Under the pieces are notes generated by a model that ran no database searches, was not told the DNA's origin, and saw only the letters and a program-made list of their open reading frames with translations. A program made the position numbers and the translations under genes. DNA of 64,000 nucleotides from Alphaproteobacteria bacterium (lineage in GTDB: Bacteria > Pseudomonadota > Alphaproteobacteria > Bin95). Shown piece by piece: positions 37,465-46,287 of the stretch. Where the stretch lies: NCBI GenBank assembly GCA_963665325.3, contig CAXXWS020000002.1, positions 896,001 through 960,000 of the forward strand. The letters run 5' to 3'. The stretch's first letter is position 1; each line of letters begins with the position of its first letter.

Positions 37465-37857
37465 TCAAAGAAGCTCGATTTCCGCGCCGTGGCCGGCGGC
37501 GCCCGCGAGCCGCCGATCGCGCGTGACCAGCGGCGCGTCCAGCGCTTCGGCAAGGGCGACATAGACGGCGTCATAGGCCGTGAAATTGTGCCGCAAATCC
37601 CATACCCGAGGCAGCAGAATGTCATGCGGATACCGCCGGATGGGCATGTCGGCGAGGTCCGCCACGGCCTCGCGACCGCGCCGGTCGTCGATCTCTCCCG
37701 CCAGGACGTATCGGCGAAGAACATGGGCGGTTTCGACATCGATGAGATGCGGCGCGGCGACGGAGTCGCCCGAATCGAAGAGCCGCGCCGCGACGGCTCC
37801 GGCGGCGTCCGAGGGCAGAAGCAGTTCGATTAGGGCGGAGGCGTCGACGACGATCAC
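37465..37857 (-). CDS. vapC: VapC PIN-domain toxin
   Basis: VIVVDASAL, AYDAVYVALAEALDAPLVTRD. Confidence 0.92.
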   Translation of the reverse strand: MIVVDASALIELLLPSDAAGAVAARLFDSGDSVAAPHLIDVETAHVLRRYVLAGEIDDRRGREAVADLADMPIRRYPHDILLPRVWDLRHNFTAYDAVYVALAEALDAPLVTRDRRLAGAAGHGAEIELL

Positions 37858-38084
37858 CGGTTGTCGCGTTCCCGGCGGACCGCCTCGGCGGGCGGCACCG
37901 AGGGCGACACGCTCGCGCGGCTTGCAATGCGCCTGCGCAACTCGTCGACGGTCGGCCGCGCTGCAACCTCGCGAATCTCGGCGAGCAGGAAGTCGGAGAG
38001 AGACATGCCGGCCAGCGCGGCCCGCGCCTTGAGCGTGCGGTGCAGCGTTTCGGGGACGTTGCGAATCTGGATCATGGTGGGCAT
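37854..38084 (-). CDS. FitA-like ribbon-helix-helix antitoxin
   Basis: IQIRNVPETLHRTLKARAALAGMSLSDFL; GTGA-coupled to vapC. Confidence 0.88.
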   Translation of the reverse strand: MPTMIQIRNVPETLHRTLKARAALAGMSLSDFLLAEIREVAARPTVDELRRRIASRASVSPSVPPAEAVRRERDNR

Positions 38085-38119
38085 GTGAAAAACATGCTTT
38101 CATCATATTTGAATGTCAA
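38082..38119 (-). promoter_or_regulatory. Promoter/operator of the TA operon, probably leaderless
   Basis: TTGACA-17 nt-CATGTT-6 nt-ATG; palindrome CATGT-N5-ACATG covers the -10 element and start codon. Confidence 0.55.
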
Positions 38120-38207
38120 GGGGACGAGAACGACTTTGTGCTTGACCGGGCGAGCGCAACCGGTGGATTTCTGGTCGGCATGGCTACCGCGATAGCCGAG
38201 CCCCGAA

Positions 38208-39476
38208 TTGACTAGCTCGGACAAGCCCGAACCGGGAACCGGGCGGCGGCTCTTCGCCGTCGCAGTGCTCCTTGTCTCCACCTACCTGGTGATGGTGGCC
38301 AGCGGCGGCATGTATCTGCTGGTGGTGAGCCTCAAGCAGATCGCGGGCGATTTCGACTGGCCGCGGGCCGTGCCGTCTCTCGCCTACGGGCTTTTCTTCG
38401 CCGGCACCGGGCTCGGCGGCATAGTCATGGGCTACTGGTTCGACCGCTCGGGCGCGGGGCCGGTGACCCTGTTCGGCATGACCATGATGGGCGGCGGCGC
38501 GGTGCTCGCCAGCGGGATCGACTCCGAGTGGCAGCTTTACCTCGTCTATGGCGCCATGATGGGACTGCTCGGTTACGCATCCGTTTACGGCCCGCTGTCC
38601 ATCAACATCATGCGCTGGTTCGAGCGCCGGCGCGGCCTGGCCGTTGGCATTGTTACGGCCGGGGAGAGTATCGGCGGCACGATCTGGCCGCCCGTGTTCC
38701 GGCACTTCAACGAAACGGTCGGCTGGCGGGAGACGTTCCTCTGGTTCGGCGTCTTCTTCCTGGTCACCGCGCTGCCGCTCAGCGCCGTGCTTTGGCGCAG
38801 GATGCCGGCGCGGGACGGGGTAGGCCCCACCGTCGATTCGCAGGCCGGAGAGCCTGCGGGCCGTCAGCGGGCAACCGGCCTGTCGATAGTCGCGACCCAG
38901 GGTGCGGTCTGTCTCGCAATCGTCGGATGCTGCGTTTCGATGGCGATGCCGGTCGCACACCTCATCGCGCATGCAAGCGACCTCGGGCACGCGACGGCGC
39001 GCGCGGCGGAGATGCTGGCGACCGCATTGCTGGCCGCCACGGTCGTGCGCTTCGTGGGCGGCGCCCTCATTGTGGACCGGTTCGGCGGCCTCGTTGCGCT
39101 GCTGGCGTTCTCCGGCCTGCAGACGGCGGCGTTGCTGTTCTACGCGGCTGTGGACGGCATGGTCGCGCTTTACGCCGTCTCGGCCCTGTTCGGGATCGGA
39201 TACGGGGGTATCAGCATCTGCTACCCGGTGATCGTCCGTGAGCTTCTGCCGCCGGCGGAAGCGGGCCGGCGGCTCGGCGTGATCCTGCTGTTCGGCACTT
39301 TCGGCATGGGGTTCGGCGGGTGGCTCGCCGGATACATCTTCGACTGGACCGGCAGCTATACGCCTGCATTCCTGGTGGGAGCCGCCTTCAACGCCGCCAA
39401 CCTGGTCGTCGTCCTCGGCCTCATCTACCGCACGCGGGCCGGCGGCGGGGCGTCGATTCGGCCGTCGCCAGCGTGA
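38208..39476 (+). CDS. MFS transporter
   Basis: About 12 hydrophobic segments, GYWFDRSG, RRRGLAVG, GYIFDWTGSY. Confidence 0.9.
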   Translation: MTSSDKPEPGTGRRLFAVAVLLVSTYLVMVASGGMYLLVVSLKQIAGDFDWPRAVPSLAYGLFFAGTGLGGIVMGYWFDRSGAGPVTLFGMTMMGGGAVLASGIDSEWQLYLVYGAMMGLLGYASVYGPLSINIMRWFERRRGLAVGIVTAGESIGGTIWPPVFRHFNETVGWRETFLWFGVFFLVTALPLSAVLWRRMPARDGVGPTVDSQAGEPAGRQRATGLSIVATQGAVCLAIVGCCVSMAMPVAHLIAHASDLGHATARAAEMLATALLAATVVRFVGGALIVDRFGGLVALLAFSGLQTAALLFYAAVDGMVALYAVSALFGIGYGGISICYPVIVRELLPPAEAGRRLGVILLFGTFGMGFGGWLAGYIFDWTGSYTPAFLVGAAFNAANLVVVLGLIYRTRAGGGASIRPSPA

Positions 39477-39536
39477 GCGGCCGACCGGGGGTTTCGGCAG
39501 CCGATTTGCAATCTGGCAAAATTTTCCTTCCAGGGG

Positions 39537-39750
39537 GCTTGACCACAAAATATCTATGGTAGAATGGATTCGAGGGAAGAGGCATCCGCGCGGACCGCTT
39601 CCCTTCGCCCGGCCCGGCCGGACAGACCCCGATTCAGCAGACAGGTGAAGTGTGCCCTGCGTCCGGCTCGCGCGCGCAATCAGGCGCGCGAACCGCGCCG
39701 GCGCAAAGGCGCGCCCCCGCGCGCGCACGATACGCGCGAAAAAGGGGGGC
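39537..39750 (+). repeat. Promoter-like motif plus structured GC-rich leader, copy A (homologous to 56885-57135)
   Basis: GCTTGAC-N16-TAGAATGG, then hairpins; core GCAATCAGGCGCGCGA(A/G)CCGCGCCG is 24/25 identical to copy B. Confidence 0.8.
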
Positions 39751-39915
39751 GTCCGGAACAGGCAGCAGAGTGAACGAAACAAAAACTGGAGAGACCGATG
39801 AGAAGCATGATGACTCCGTGCGCCGCCGGGCTGCACGCAGCCTGTCGGCAAGCCGCCGGCAGGGAGACGGTTGCGGTTGCCCGCCGCGAGCCGCATCGTG
39901 CTGCCGGGAGGAAGC

Positions 39916-40512
39916 ATGGGGACCATGGACCCGGACCTGACCCTTATCGAGCGGGACCGTTCCTGCCTCGTGGTCATCGACGTGCAGCAGCATTTCCTCG
40001 ACAAGCTGCCGCCCGGCTGGCGCGTCCCGCTGGTAGAGCGCATCGCCTGGCTGATGCGGGCGGCGCGCGCGCTTGATATTCCGGTCGTCGCCACCGCCGA
40101 GGACATGGAGCGCCTCGGGCCGCTGGTGCCGGAGCTTGCCCGCTGCCTTCCCCCGGATGCGCCGCCGGTCTTCGACAAGACGGTCTTCGGAGCGTGGGGC
40201 CAGTCGGATATTCGCGCCGCGCTGGAGGGATCGGGGCGGGACAGCTTCGTGCTGGCCGGGTTGGAGACCGACGTATGCGTGGCCCAGTCTGCCCTCGGGC
40301 TCAGGGCGGGCGGTTGTCGGGTGGCGGTGGTGGCCGACGCCTGCGGCTCACCGCCGCCGAACCACGAATACGGGCTCCGGCGCCTGGGCAATACCGGGAT
40401 CGTGCTCACCACCGTCAAGGGCGTGTTCTACGAGTGGGCGCGGGACGTGGAGGCCGCTTCCCGGGTGCGCGCGGAACTGGGCGGCCCCGGCCCGCCGGGC
40501 GTCATCCTGTAG
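39916..40512 (+). CDS. Isochorismatase family hydrolase
   Basis: LVVIDVQ, FDKTVFGA, AGLETDVCVAQS, VADACGS. Confidence 0.9.
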   Translation: MGTMDPDLTLIERDRSCLVVIDVQQHFLDKLPPGWRVPLVERIAWLMRAARALDIPVVATAEDMERLGPLVPELARCLPPDAPPVFDKTVFGAWGQSDIRAALEGSGRDSFVLAGLETDVCVAQSALGLRAGGCRVAVVADACGSPPPNHEYGLRRLGNTGIVLTTVKGVFYEWARDVEAASRVRAELGGPGPPGVIL

Positions 40513-40554
40513 GCGCGTCATGCCCGGCGAACGGCGCTGCGGCGCAAGGCGCCT

Positions 40555-40581
40555 CATGACAAAACATGACATTTCATGACA
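40555..40581 (+). repeat. 10-bp-periodic CATGAC array (3 units), copy A
   Basis: CATGACAAAA CATGACATTT CATGACA. Confidence 0.85.
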
Positions 40582-40655
40582 TCCCGGTGGAGTGGGCCCA
40601 CTCCGGCCGGGGGGGGGTAGTGGCGGTACTGCCGCACCGCCTCCGCAAATCCGGG

Positions 40656-41456
40656 TTAGACCGGCTCCAGCGGCGGCGGGGGCGGCGGATCGGCGAAGAG
40701 GGCCTGCGCGCCCACAATGTCGAGGTCCCGGCCCGGCGACCGGGCTATCGTGGCATGCACGGTCCCGGCCGCCAGCGCCATGGCATCCGCCCAGCCGTTC
40801 CGCCACCGGGCCGCGAAGAGCGACGTGAACAGGTCGCCTGCCCCGTAGCCCGGATGCGCCAGGTGCGGCACTGCGGCCTGCAGTGCCTTGCCCTCCGACA
40901 CGCCGACGCAGGCGATGCGCCCCTCATTCGCCGGCACGCTCGTCGCCACGACGAGGGACGGCCCGAGCGTTGCGGCAATCCCGGCGGCGCTCCCCGGCCC
41001 TTCCACTTCACGGGCCCCGAGCAAGGAAAGTTCGAACCGGTTGGGCGTTGCGGCTACGGCCCTTGGCAGGAGTTCCCGCCGGATCGCATCGGGCAGGTCG
41101 GGGGCCACAAACAGCCCGCCCGGGTCGTCGCCCATCACCGGGTCGAGCAGGTACGGGGCGCCCACCCGGTCCACCGTTCGCGCCACTGCCTCGGCGTTGG
41201 CGGCCGAGCCCAGATAGCCGGAGACCACGAGGTCGATGTCCTTCAGGAAGCCGCGTTCTTCCAGGCCGCTGACGATGGCGTCGATGCTCTGCGCCGGATG
41301 CACCTCGCCCCGGAAGCCGCCATGGGCCGGGTGGTTCGAATAGGCAACGGTGTCGATGCAGGTCACAGCATGGCCGAGGCGCTGGAGCACGAAGACGGCC
41401 GTGCGGTTGCCTACGAAGCCCCGCGCCACCGAGGACTGGATGGATAGAATGTGCAT
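40656..41456 (-). CDS. Pyridoxal kinase (PdxK/PdxY family)
   Basis: ILSIQSSVARGFVGN, SGYLG, DPVMGD, TPNRFE, GAGDLF. Confidence 0.92.
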   Translation of the reverse strand: MHILSIQSSVARGFVGNRTAVFVLQRLGHAVTCIDTVAYSNHPAHGGFRGEVHPAQSIDAIVSGLEERGFLKDIDLVVSGYLGSAANAEAVARTVDRVGAPYLLDPVMGDDPGGLFVAPDLPDAIRRELLPRAVAATPNRFELSLLGAREVEGPGSAAGIAATLGPSLVVATSVPANEGRIACVGVSEGKALQAAVPHLAHPGYGAGDLFTSLFAARWRNGWADAMALAAGTVHATIARSPGRDLDIVGAQALFADPPPPPPLEPV

Positions 41457-41505
41457 GATGACCGCCCCATTGCCGACGACTCGCCCGCACAAGGAATCCG
41501 CCTTC

Positions 41506-42378
41506 ATGCCCCAGGCCGTCAAGCCGCGCCGCAGCGCCCTGTACATGCCAGCCTCTCGAACCGGGGCGCTGGAGAAAGCGAAAACGCTGCCGGCCGACGT
41601 GCTCATCTTCGATCTCGAAGACGCCGTGAGCCCCGATGCGAAGGAAACGGCCCGCGAGCAGGCGGTGGCGGCCGCGCGCTCGGGCGCCTATGGGCCGCGC
41701 GAGATCGTCATCCGCGCCAACGGGCTGGACACGCCCTGGGGACATGACGACCTCGCGGCCGTTGCGGGCTCGGGCGCCGACGCCGCGCTGCTGCCGAAGG
41801 TGGAGAGCGATGCAACAATCCGCCAGTCCGCCGCCCTGCTCGACCGGCATGGCGGTGGCGAGATGGCAGTCTGGGCGATGATGGAGACGCCGCTGGCCAT
41901 GCTGCGCGCGGATGCCATTGCAGGTGCCGGGCATCGCCTGTCCGCTCTCGTAATGGGCACCTCGGACCTCGCCAAGGAGCTGGGCGCCGCACATACGCGG
42001 GACCGCCTGCCCTTCATCACCGGCCTCGGCCTCTGCCTGCTGGCCGCCCGTGCCCACGGGCTTGCAGTTCTCGACGGCGTCCATCTGGACCTTGCGGACG
42101 ATGAAGGCTTTGCCGCCGCCTGCTGCCAGGGCGCCGAGCTCGGTTTCGACGGCAAGACTCTGATCCACCCGAAGCAGGTCGCGCCCTGCAACGATGCGTT
42201 CTCGCCGGCCCCCGGTGCCGTGGCCGAGGCGCGGCGGATCATCGCCGCCCATGCGGAAGCCGAAGCGGCAGGCCAGGGCGTCGTCGTGTTGGACGGGCGC
42301 CTGATCGAGAACCTCCATGTCGAAATGGCGGAGCGGACGGTTGCGCTCGCCGAGGCCGTTGCGGCCCGCCGGGACTGA
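41506..42378 (+). CDS. CitE/malyl-CoA lyase family CoA-ester lyase
   Basis: RRSALYMPA, FDLEDAV, GTSDL, GFDGKTLIHPKQ. Confidence 0.92.
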   Translation: MPQAVKPRRSALYMPASRTGALEKAKTLPADVLIFDLEDAVSPDAKETAREQAVAAARSGAYGPREIVIRANGLDTPWGHDDLAAVAGSGADAALLPKVESDATIRQSAALLDRHGGGEMAVWAMMETPLAMLRADAIAGAGHRLSALVMGTSDLAKELGAAHTRDRLPFITGLGLCLLAARAHGLAVLDGVHLDLADDEGFAAACCQGAELGFDGKTLIHPKQVAPCNDAFSPAPGAVAEARRIIAAHAEAEAAGQGVVVLDGRLIENLHVEMAERTVALAEAVAARRD

Positions 42379-42449
42379 GCCCGCGCTCCGGTCACAAAGC
42401 CGCCGATGTCGGCTACCATTCTCCACCCGGCAAAGGGATGCCTTCCTGC

Positions 42450-43823
42450 ATGACCTATCGCACACTCCGTTCCTGGCTCGACCGGCTGCAGGCCACCGAC
42501 CGGCTTGCGGTGGCGCGGCCGGGCGTCTCGCTGGACTTCACTCTTGCCGCGCTCGCCAAGCGGTGGGACGCGCAGAAGGCGGTGCTTTTCCCGGAGCCTC
42601 TGGGTTTCGACGGCGACCGGCACGAGATACCGGTTGTCGCGGGCCTCGTTTCGGACCGGGGCTGGATCGCAGAGGCGATGGGCGTGGAGCCGGGTGCTGT
42701 GCTCGACCGCTTCCGCGCTGCCGCGGAGCACCCGCTACCCTGGCGCGAGGTCGCGGATGGCGCGTGCCAGGAGCGTGTCGACCGCAACCCGGATCTCGCC
42801 GGCTCGCTGCCGATCCCGAAGCACAATGCGCTCGACGCCGGCGCCTATATCTCCGCCGGACTGGTGATCGCACGCAACCCGAGGACGGGCATCCAGAACG
42901 TCTCTATCAACCGCCTCCAGATCACGGGGCCGAGGCGCATGGGCATCCTGATCCTGCCGCGCGACCTGCACCATTTCTTCGCCGCTGCCGAATCGGTCGG
43001 GGAGCCGCTCGATGTAGCTGTCGCGGTCGGCGTCGATCCGCTGACCCTGCTTGCCAGCCAGGCGATCCTGCCCATCGACCATGACGAGCTGGAAGTGGCC
43101 GGCGCCCTGCACGGTGCGCCGCTGGAAGTGGTGAAATGCGCGACCAACGAAGTCCGCGTACCTGCCGGTGCCGAGATCGTCATCGAGGGGCGCCTTCTGC
43201 CGGGCGTGCGCGAGACGGAAGGCCCCTTCGGCGAGTTTCCGCAATATTACGGGCCCGCCGGCGAGAACCCGGCCATCGATGTGCAGGCCGTGACGACGCG
43301 CGCGAAGCCCATCTTCCACACCATCGTCCCGGCCGCCATGGAACATCTCCTGCTCGGCGCCATTCCGCGCGAGGCCACCATCGCCGCGCATCTGCAGCGC
43401 ACCTGCCCGACCGTCCTCGACGTGCATCTCTCGCGCGGAGGTGTGTGCCGCTACCACCTCTATGTGAAGCTGCGAAAGACGCAGGAAGGCCAGGCGCGCA
43501 ATGTGATCATGGCCGCCTTCGCCGCCCATGCCGATGTGAAGCAGGTGACGGTTGTGGACGAGGATGTCGATGTCCACGACCCGACGGCAGTGGAATGGGC
43601 GGTGGCGACGCGCTTCCAGGCATCGAGGGATGTGATCGTCATTCCCCGCGCCCAGGGCTCGAAGCTCGATCCCTCCGCCGACAACGGCGTCTCGGACAAG
43701 CTCGGCCTCGACGCCACCATGCCGCTCGACCGCGACGATTTCACCTTCACCGTGGTCCATGTGCCCGGCGAGGACGACCCGAACCTGGACGCCCTGCTCA
43801 CCGAAGACCGCTACGAGTTCTGA
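42450..43823 (+). CDS. UbiD-family prFMN-dependent decarboxylase
   Basis: DAGAYI, EIVIEG, EGPFGEF, VVDEDVD, LDPS, KLGLDAT. Confidence 0.92.
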   Translation: MTYRTLRSWLDRLQATDRLAVARPGVSLDFTLAALAKRWDAQKAVLFPEPLGFDGDRHEIPVVAGLVSDRGWIAEAMGVEPGAVLDRFRAAAEHPLPWREVADGACQERVDRNPDLAGSLPIPKHNALDAGAYISAGLVIARNPRTGIQNVSINRLQITGPRRMGILILPRDLHHFFAAAESVGEPLDVAVAVGVDPLTLLASQAILPIDHDELEVAGALHGAPLEVVKCATNEVRVPAGAEIVIEGRLLPGVRETEGPFGEFPQYYGPAGENPAIDVQAVTTRAKPIFHTIVPAAMEHLLLGAIPREATIAAHLQRTCPTVLDVHLSRGGVCRYHLYVKLRKTQEGQARNVIMAAFAAHADVKQVTVVDEDVDVHDPTAVEWAVATRFQASRDVIVIPRAQGSKLDPSADNGVSDKLGLDATMPLDRDDFTFTVVHVPGEDDPNLDALLTEDRYEF

Positions 43824-43860
43824 GCCGGCGGCCCGATTGCCGACAGGAGATTTCCCACCC

Positions 43861-45240
43861 GTGACCGATATTTTCCTGGCCGACGCGGCCGATGCCGTGC
43901 CCGTCCTCCTGCTGAACGAGAAGGGCTTGCAAGGCTGGCTCGACAGCGCCGGAGCCGGCGACCGCAACTGGGTTGCGGCAAACGGCTTCGAGGCGGAGGC
44001 GGGAACCACGCTGGTGCTCCCGGACGCCGAGGGCAAGGCGGCGCGCGTGCTGGCGGGAGCAGAAGGGTCCGGCGACATGTGGGCCTGCGGCGGCCTGCCG
44101 GGCCGCCTGAAGCGCGGCGCTTTCCGCATCGAGAACGAACTCGGACCCGGGGAGGCCACACGGGCCGCCGCCGCCTGGGGACTCGGCTGCTATGCCTTCG
44201 ACGCCTATTCGGACGGCAAGAGCCGGAACCATGCGAGCCTCGTCTGGCCGGAGAACGCAGACCGGAGTGCGGCGCTCGCAACCGTCGAGGCGCACGCGCA
44301 GGCTCGCAACCTCATCAACACGCCCGCAAACGACATGGGGCCGGAGCGGCTCGAAGCCGCCGTCCGGCAACTCGGGGAACGCCACGGGGCGCAGGTCTCC
44401 TCCATCGTCGGCGATGAACTGCTCGCGCAGAACTATCCGACAATCCATGCCGTCGGCCGCGCCGCCGCCATCGCGCCGAGGCTGATAGACCTCGTCTGGG
44501 GCGACGAGGACCGGCCGAAGCTCACCCTGGTCGGCAAGGGCGTGTGCTTCGACAGCGGCGGGCTGGACCTGAAGCCGCCGGCCGGCATGAGGCTGATGAA
44601 GAAGGATATGGGGGGCGCGGCCAACATGATCGGCCTGGCCCACATGGCGATGGCAGCCGAACTGCCCGTGCGGCTCCGGCTGATGGTCCCGGCGGTCGAG
44701 AACAGCGTTTCGGGCAATGCCATGCGGCCCATGGACGTGATCCGCACGCGCAAGGGGCTGACGGTGGAGATCGGCAATACGGATGCCGAAGGCCGCCTCA
44801 TCCTCTGTGACGCGCTCGCGGAAGCCTCTGGCGAGTCGCCCGACCTGATCCTCGACTGCGCGACGCTGACGGGCGCAGCCCGCACGGCGCTCGGGGCCGA
44901 TCTTCCGGCCTTGTTCTGCAATGACGATGCCGTGGCGGCGGCGCTCCTGGAGGCCTGCGAGGCGGAGCAGGATCCGGTGTGGCGGATGCCGCTCTTCCAG
45001 CCCTACCGCAAGATGCTTTCCAGCGATGTCGCGGACATGAACAATGTGTCCGACGGGCCGCTCGCCGGCGCGGTGACAGCGGCGCTGTTCCTCGAACGCT
45101 TCATTGAGCCGGGCGTTTCCTGGGCCCATGTGGACATGATGGCCTGGAACCGCGAGAACCGGCCCGGCCGCCCTCGCGGCGGCGAGGCGCAGTTCATCCG
45201 CGGCGCAATGGCCATGCTCCGCCGCCGCTATGGCGGATAG
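43861..45240 (+). CDS. Leucyl aminopeptidase (M17)
   Basis: VGKGVCFDSGG, MKKDMGGAA, NTDAEGRL. Confidence 0.94.
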   Translation: MTDIFLADAADAVPVLLLNEKGLQGWLDSAGAGDRNWVAANGFEAEAGTTLVLPDAEGKAARVLAGAEGSGDMWACGGLPGRLKRGAFRIENELGPGEATRAAAAWGLGCYAFDAYSDGKSRNHASLVWPENADRSAALATVEAHAQARNLINTPANDMGPERLEAAVRQLGERHGAQVSSIVGDELLAQNYPTIHAVGRAAAIAPRLIDLVWGDEDRPKLTLVGKGVCFDSGGLDLKPPAGMRLMKKDMGGAANMIGLAHMAMAAELPVRLRLMVPAVENSVSGNAMRPMDVIRTRKGLTVEIGNTDAEGRLILCDALAEASGESPDLILDCATLTGAARTALGADLPALFCNDDAVAAALLEACEAEQDPVWRMPLFQPYRKMLSSDVADMNNVSDGPLAGAVTAALFLERFIEPGVSWAHVDMMAWNRENRPGRPRGGEAQFIRGAMAMLRRRYGG

Positions 45241-45246
45241 CAGTCC

Positions 45247-46215
45247 TCAGTAGAACAGCTTTTTCCGGTCCATTCCTTCGTAGAGATGGGCCACGAACTC
45301 TCCGTAGCCGTTGTACAGCAGCGTCTTGCGGCGTTCGTCGGTGCCGATCATGCGCTCGCTGGCCTGGCTCCACCGCCGGTGCGGCACCTCCGGGTTCACA
45401 TTCGCCCAGAAGCCGTATTCGCGGCCCTGCACCTTCTCCCAGAAGCTCTTGGGCTGCTTTTCGGTGAAGGTGAAGCGGGTAATCGACTTGATCGACTTGA
45501 AGCCGTATTTCCACGGAAGCGCTATGCGCAGCGGCGCGCCGTTCTGCGCCGGCACGGGCTTGCCGTAGAGGCCTGTTACGATGAAGGCAAGCTCGTTGGT
45601 GGCCTCCTCCATCGTGACCCCCTCGACATAGGGCCACGGATACCAGAATTCCTTCTGGCCCGACGCCATCTCCGGGTCGTTGAAGGTCTCCATGCGGACA
45701 TATTTCGCCTTTGCCAGCGGCTTGGCGAACTCGACCAGCTTCGCCATCGGGAAGCCGGACCACGGCACCGCCATCGCCCAGGCCTCGACGCAGCGATGGC
45801 GGTAGAGCCGCTCCTCGACGCCCATCTTGCGCACAAGATCGTCGAACCCGATCTCCATGGGCGTCTCCACATCGCCGTCGATATGGACGGTCCAGGGGCG
45901 GATGCGCAGATTGTCGCGCGCACGCTTCCAGATGCCCTTGCTCGAGCCGAATTCGTAGAAGTTGTTGTAGGTGGTCGCGACCTTCTCCGGCGTCAGCGGC
46001 CGGTCGAGGGTGTAGGCGGGATTGCGCGTCCCGGGATAGAGGTCAGCGGTCGGATCGGCTTCGGTCGTGGCCGCTCGCGCCGCCAGCGGGGCTGCCGCCG
46101 CCGCGATGCTACCGAACGCCGCCGCCTGGATCAGCCGGCGCCTGTCGCGGAACACCGCTTCCGGAGTCGCCTCGCGCTCCGGCAGTTCCCAGCCCCGTCG
46201 TTTCAGGATCTGCAT
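45247..46215 (-). CDS. msrP: Protein-methionine-sulfoxide reductase catalytic subunit
   Basis: Twin-Arg leader (DRRRLIQ), YNNFYEF, RHRCVEAW, NGAPLR..PWKYGFKSIK, GFWANVNP. Confidence 0.94.
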   Translation of the reverse strand: MQILKRRGWELPEREATPEAVFRDRRRLIQAAAFGSIAAAAAPLAARAATTEADPTADLYPGTRNPAYTLDRPLTPEKVATTYNNFYEFGSSKGIWKRARDNLRIRPWTVHIDGDVETPMEIGFDDLVRKMGVEERLYRHRCVEAWAMAVPWSGFPMAKLVEFAKPLAKAKYVRMETFNDPEMASGQKEFWYPWPYVEGVTMEEATNELAFIVTGLYGKPVPAQNGAPLRIALPWKYGFKSIKSITRFTFTEKQPKSFWEKVQGREYGFWANVNPEVPHRRWSQASERMIGTDERRKTLLYNGYGEFVAHLYEGMDRKKLFY

Positions 46216-46287
46216 GCCATGCACTCCTCTGCACATCTTGGCGAAACAAATGCGCAGGAAACGCCCCGGCCGCCAATCACTTTCGCG

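Noticed and set aside
35778-37739. 653-aa extended IstA from the ORF track
   Set aside because: The extension runs outside the IS end (37407) into vapC; the plausible start is ATG 37292.
39798-40076. 92-aa ORF with GGAG RBS right after the copy-A leader
   Set aside because: It overlaps the isochorismatase out of frame and has no motif. It could be a remnant of earlier cargo but is not supportable as a CDS.
40555-40581. CATGAC arrays as mini-CRISPR
   Set aside because: The 10-bp period and 4-nt linkers are far too short for repeats and spacers, and there are no cas genes.
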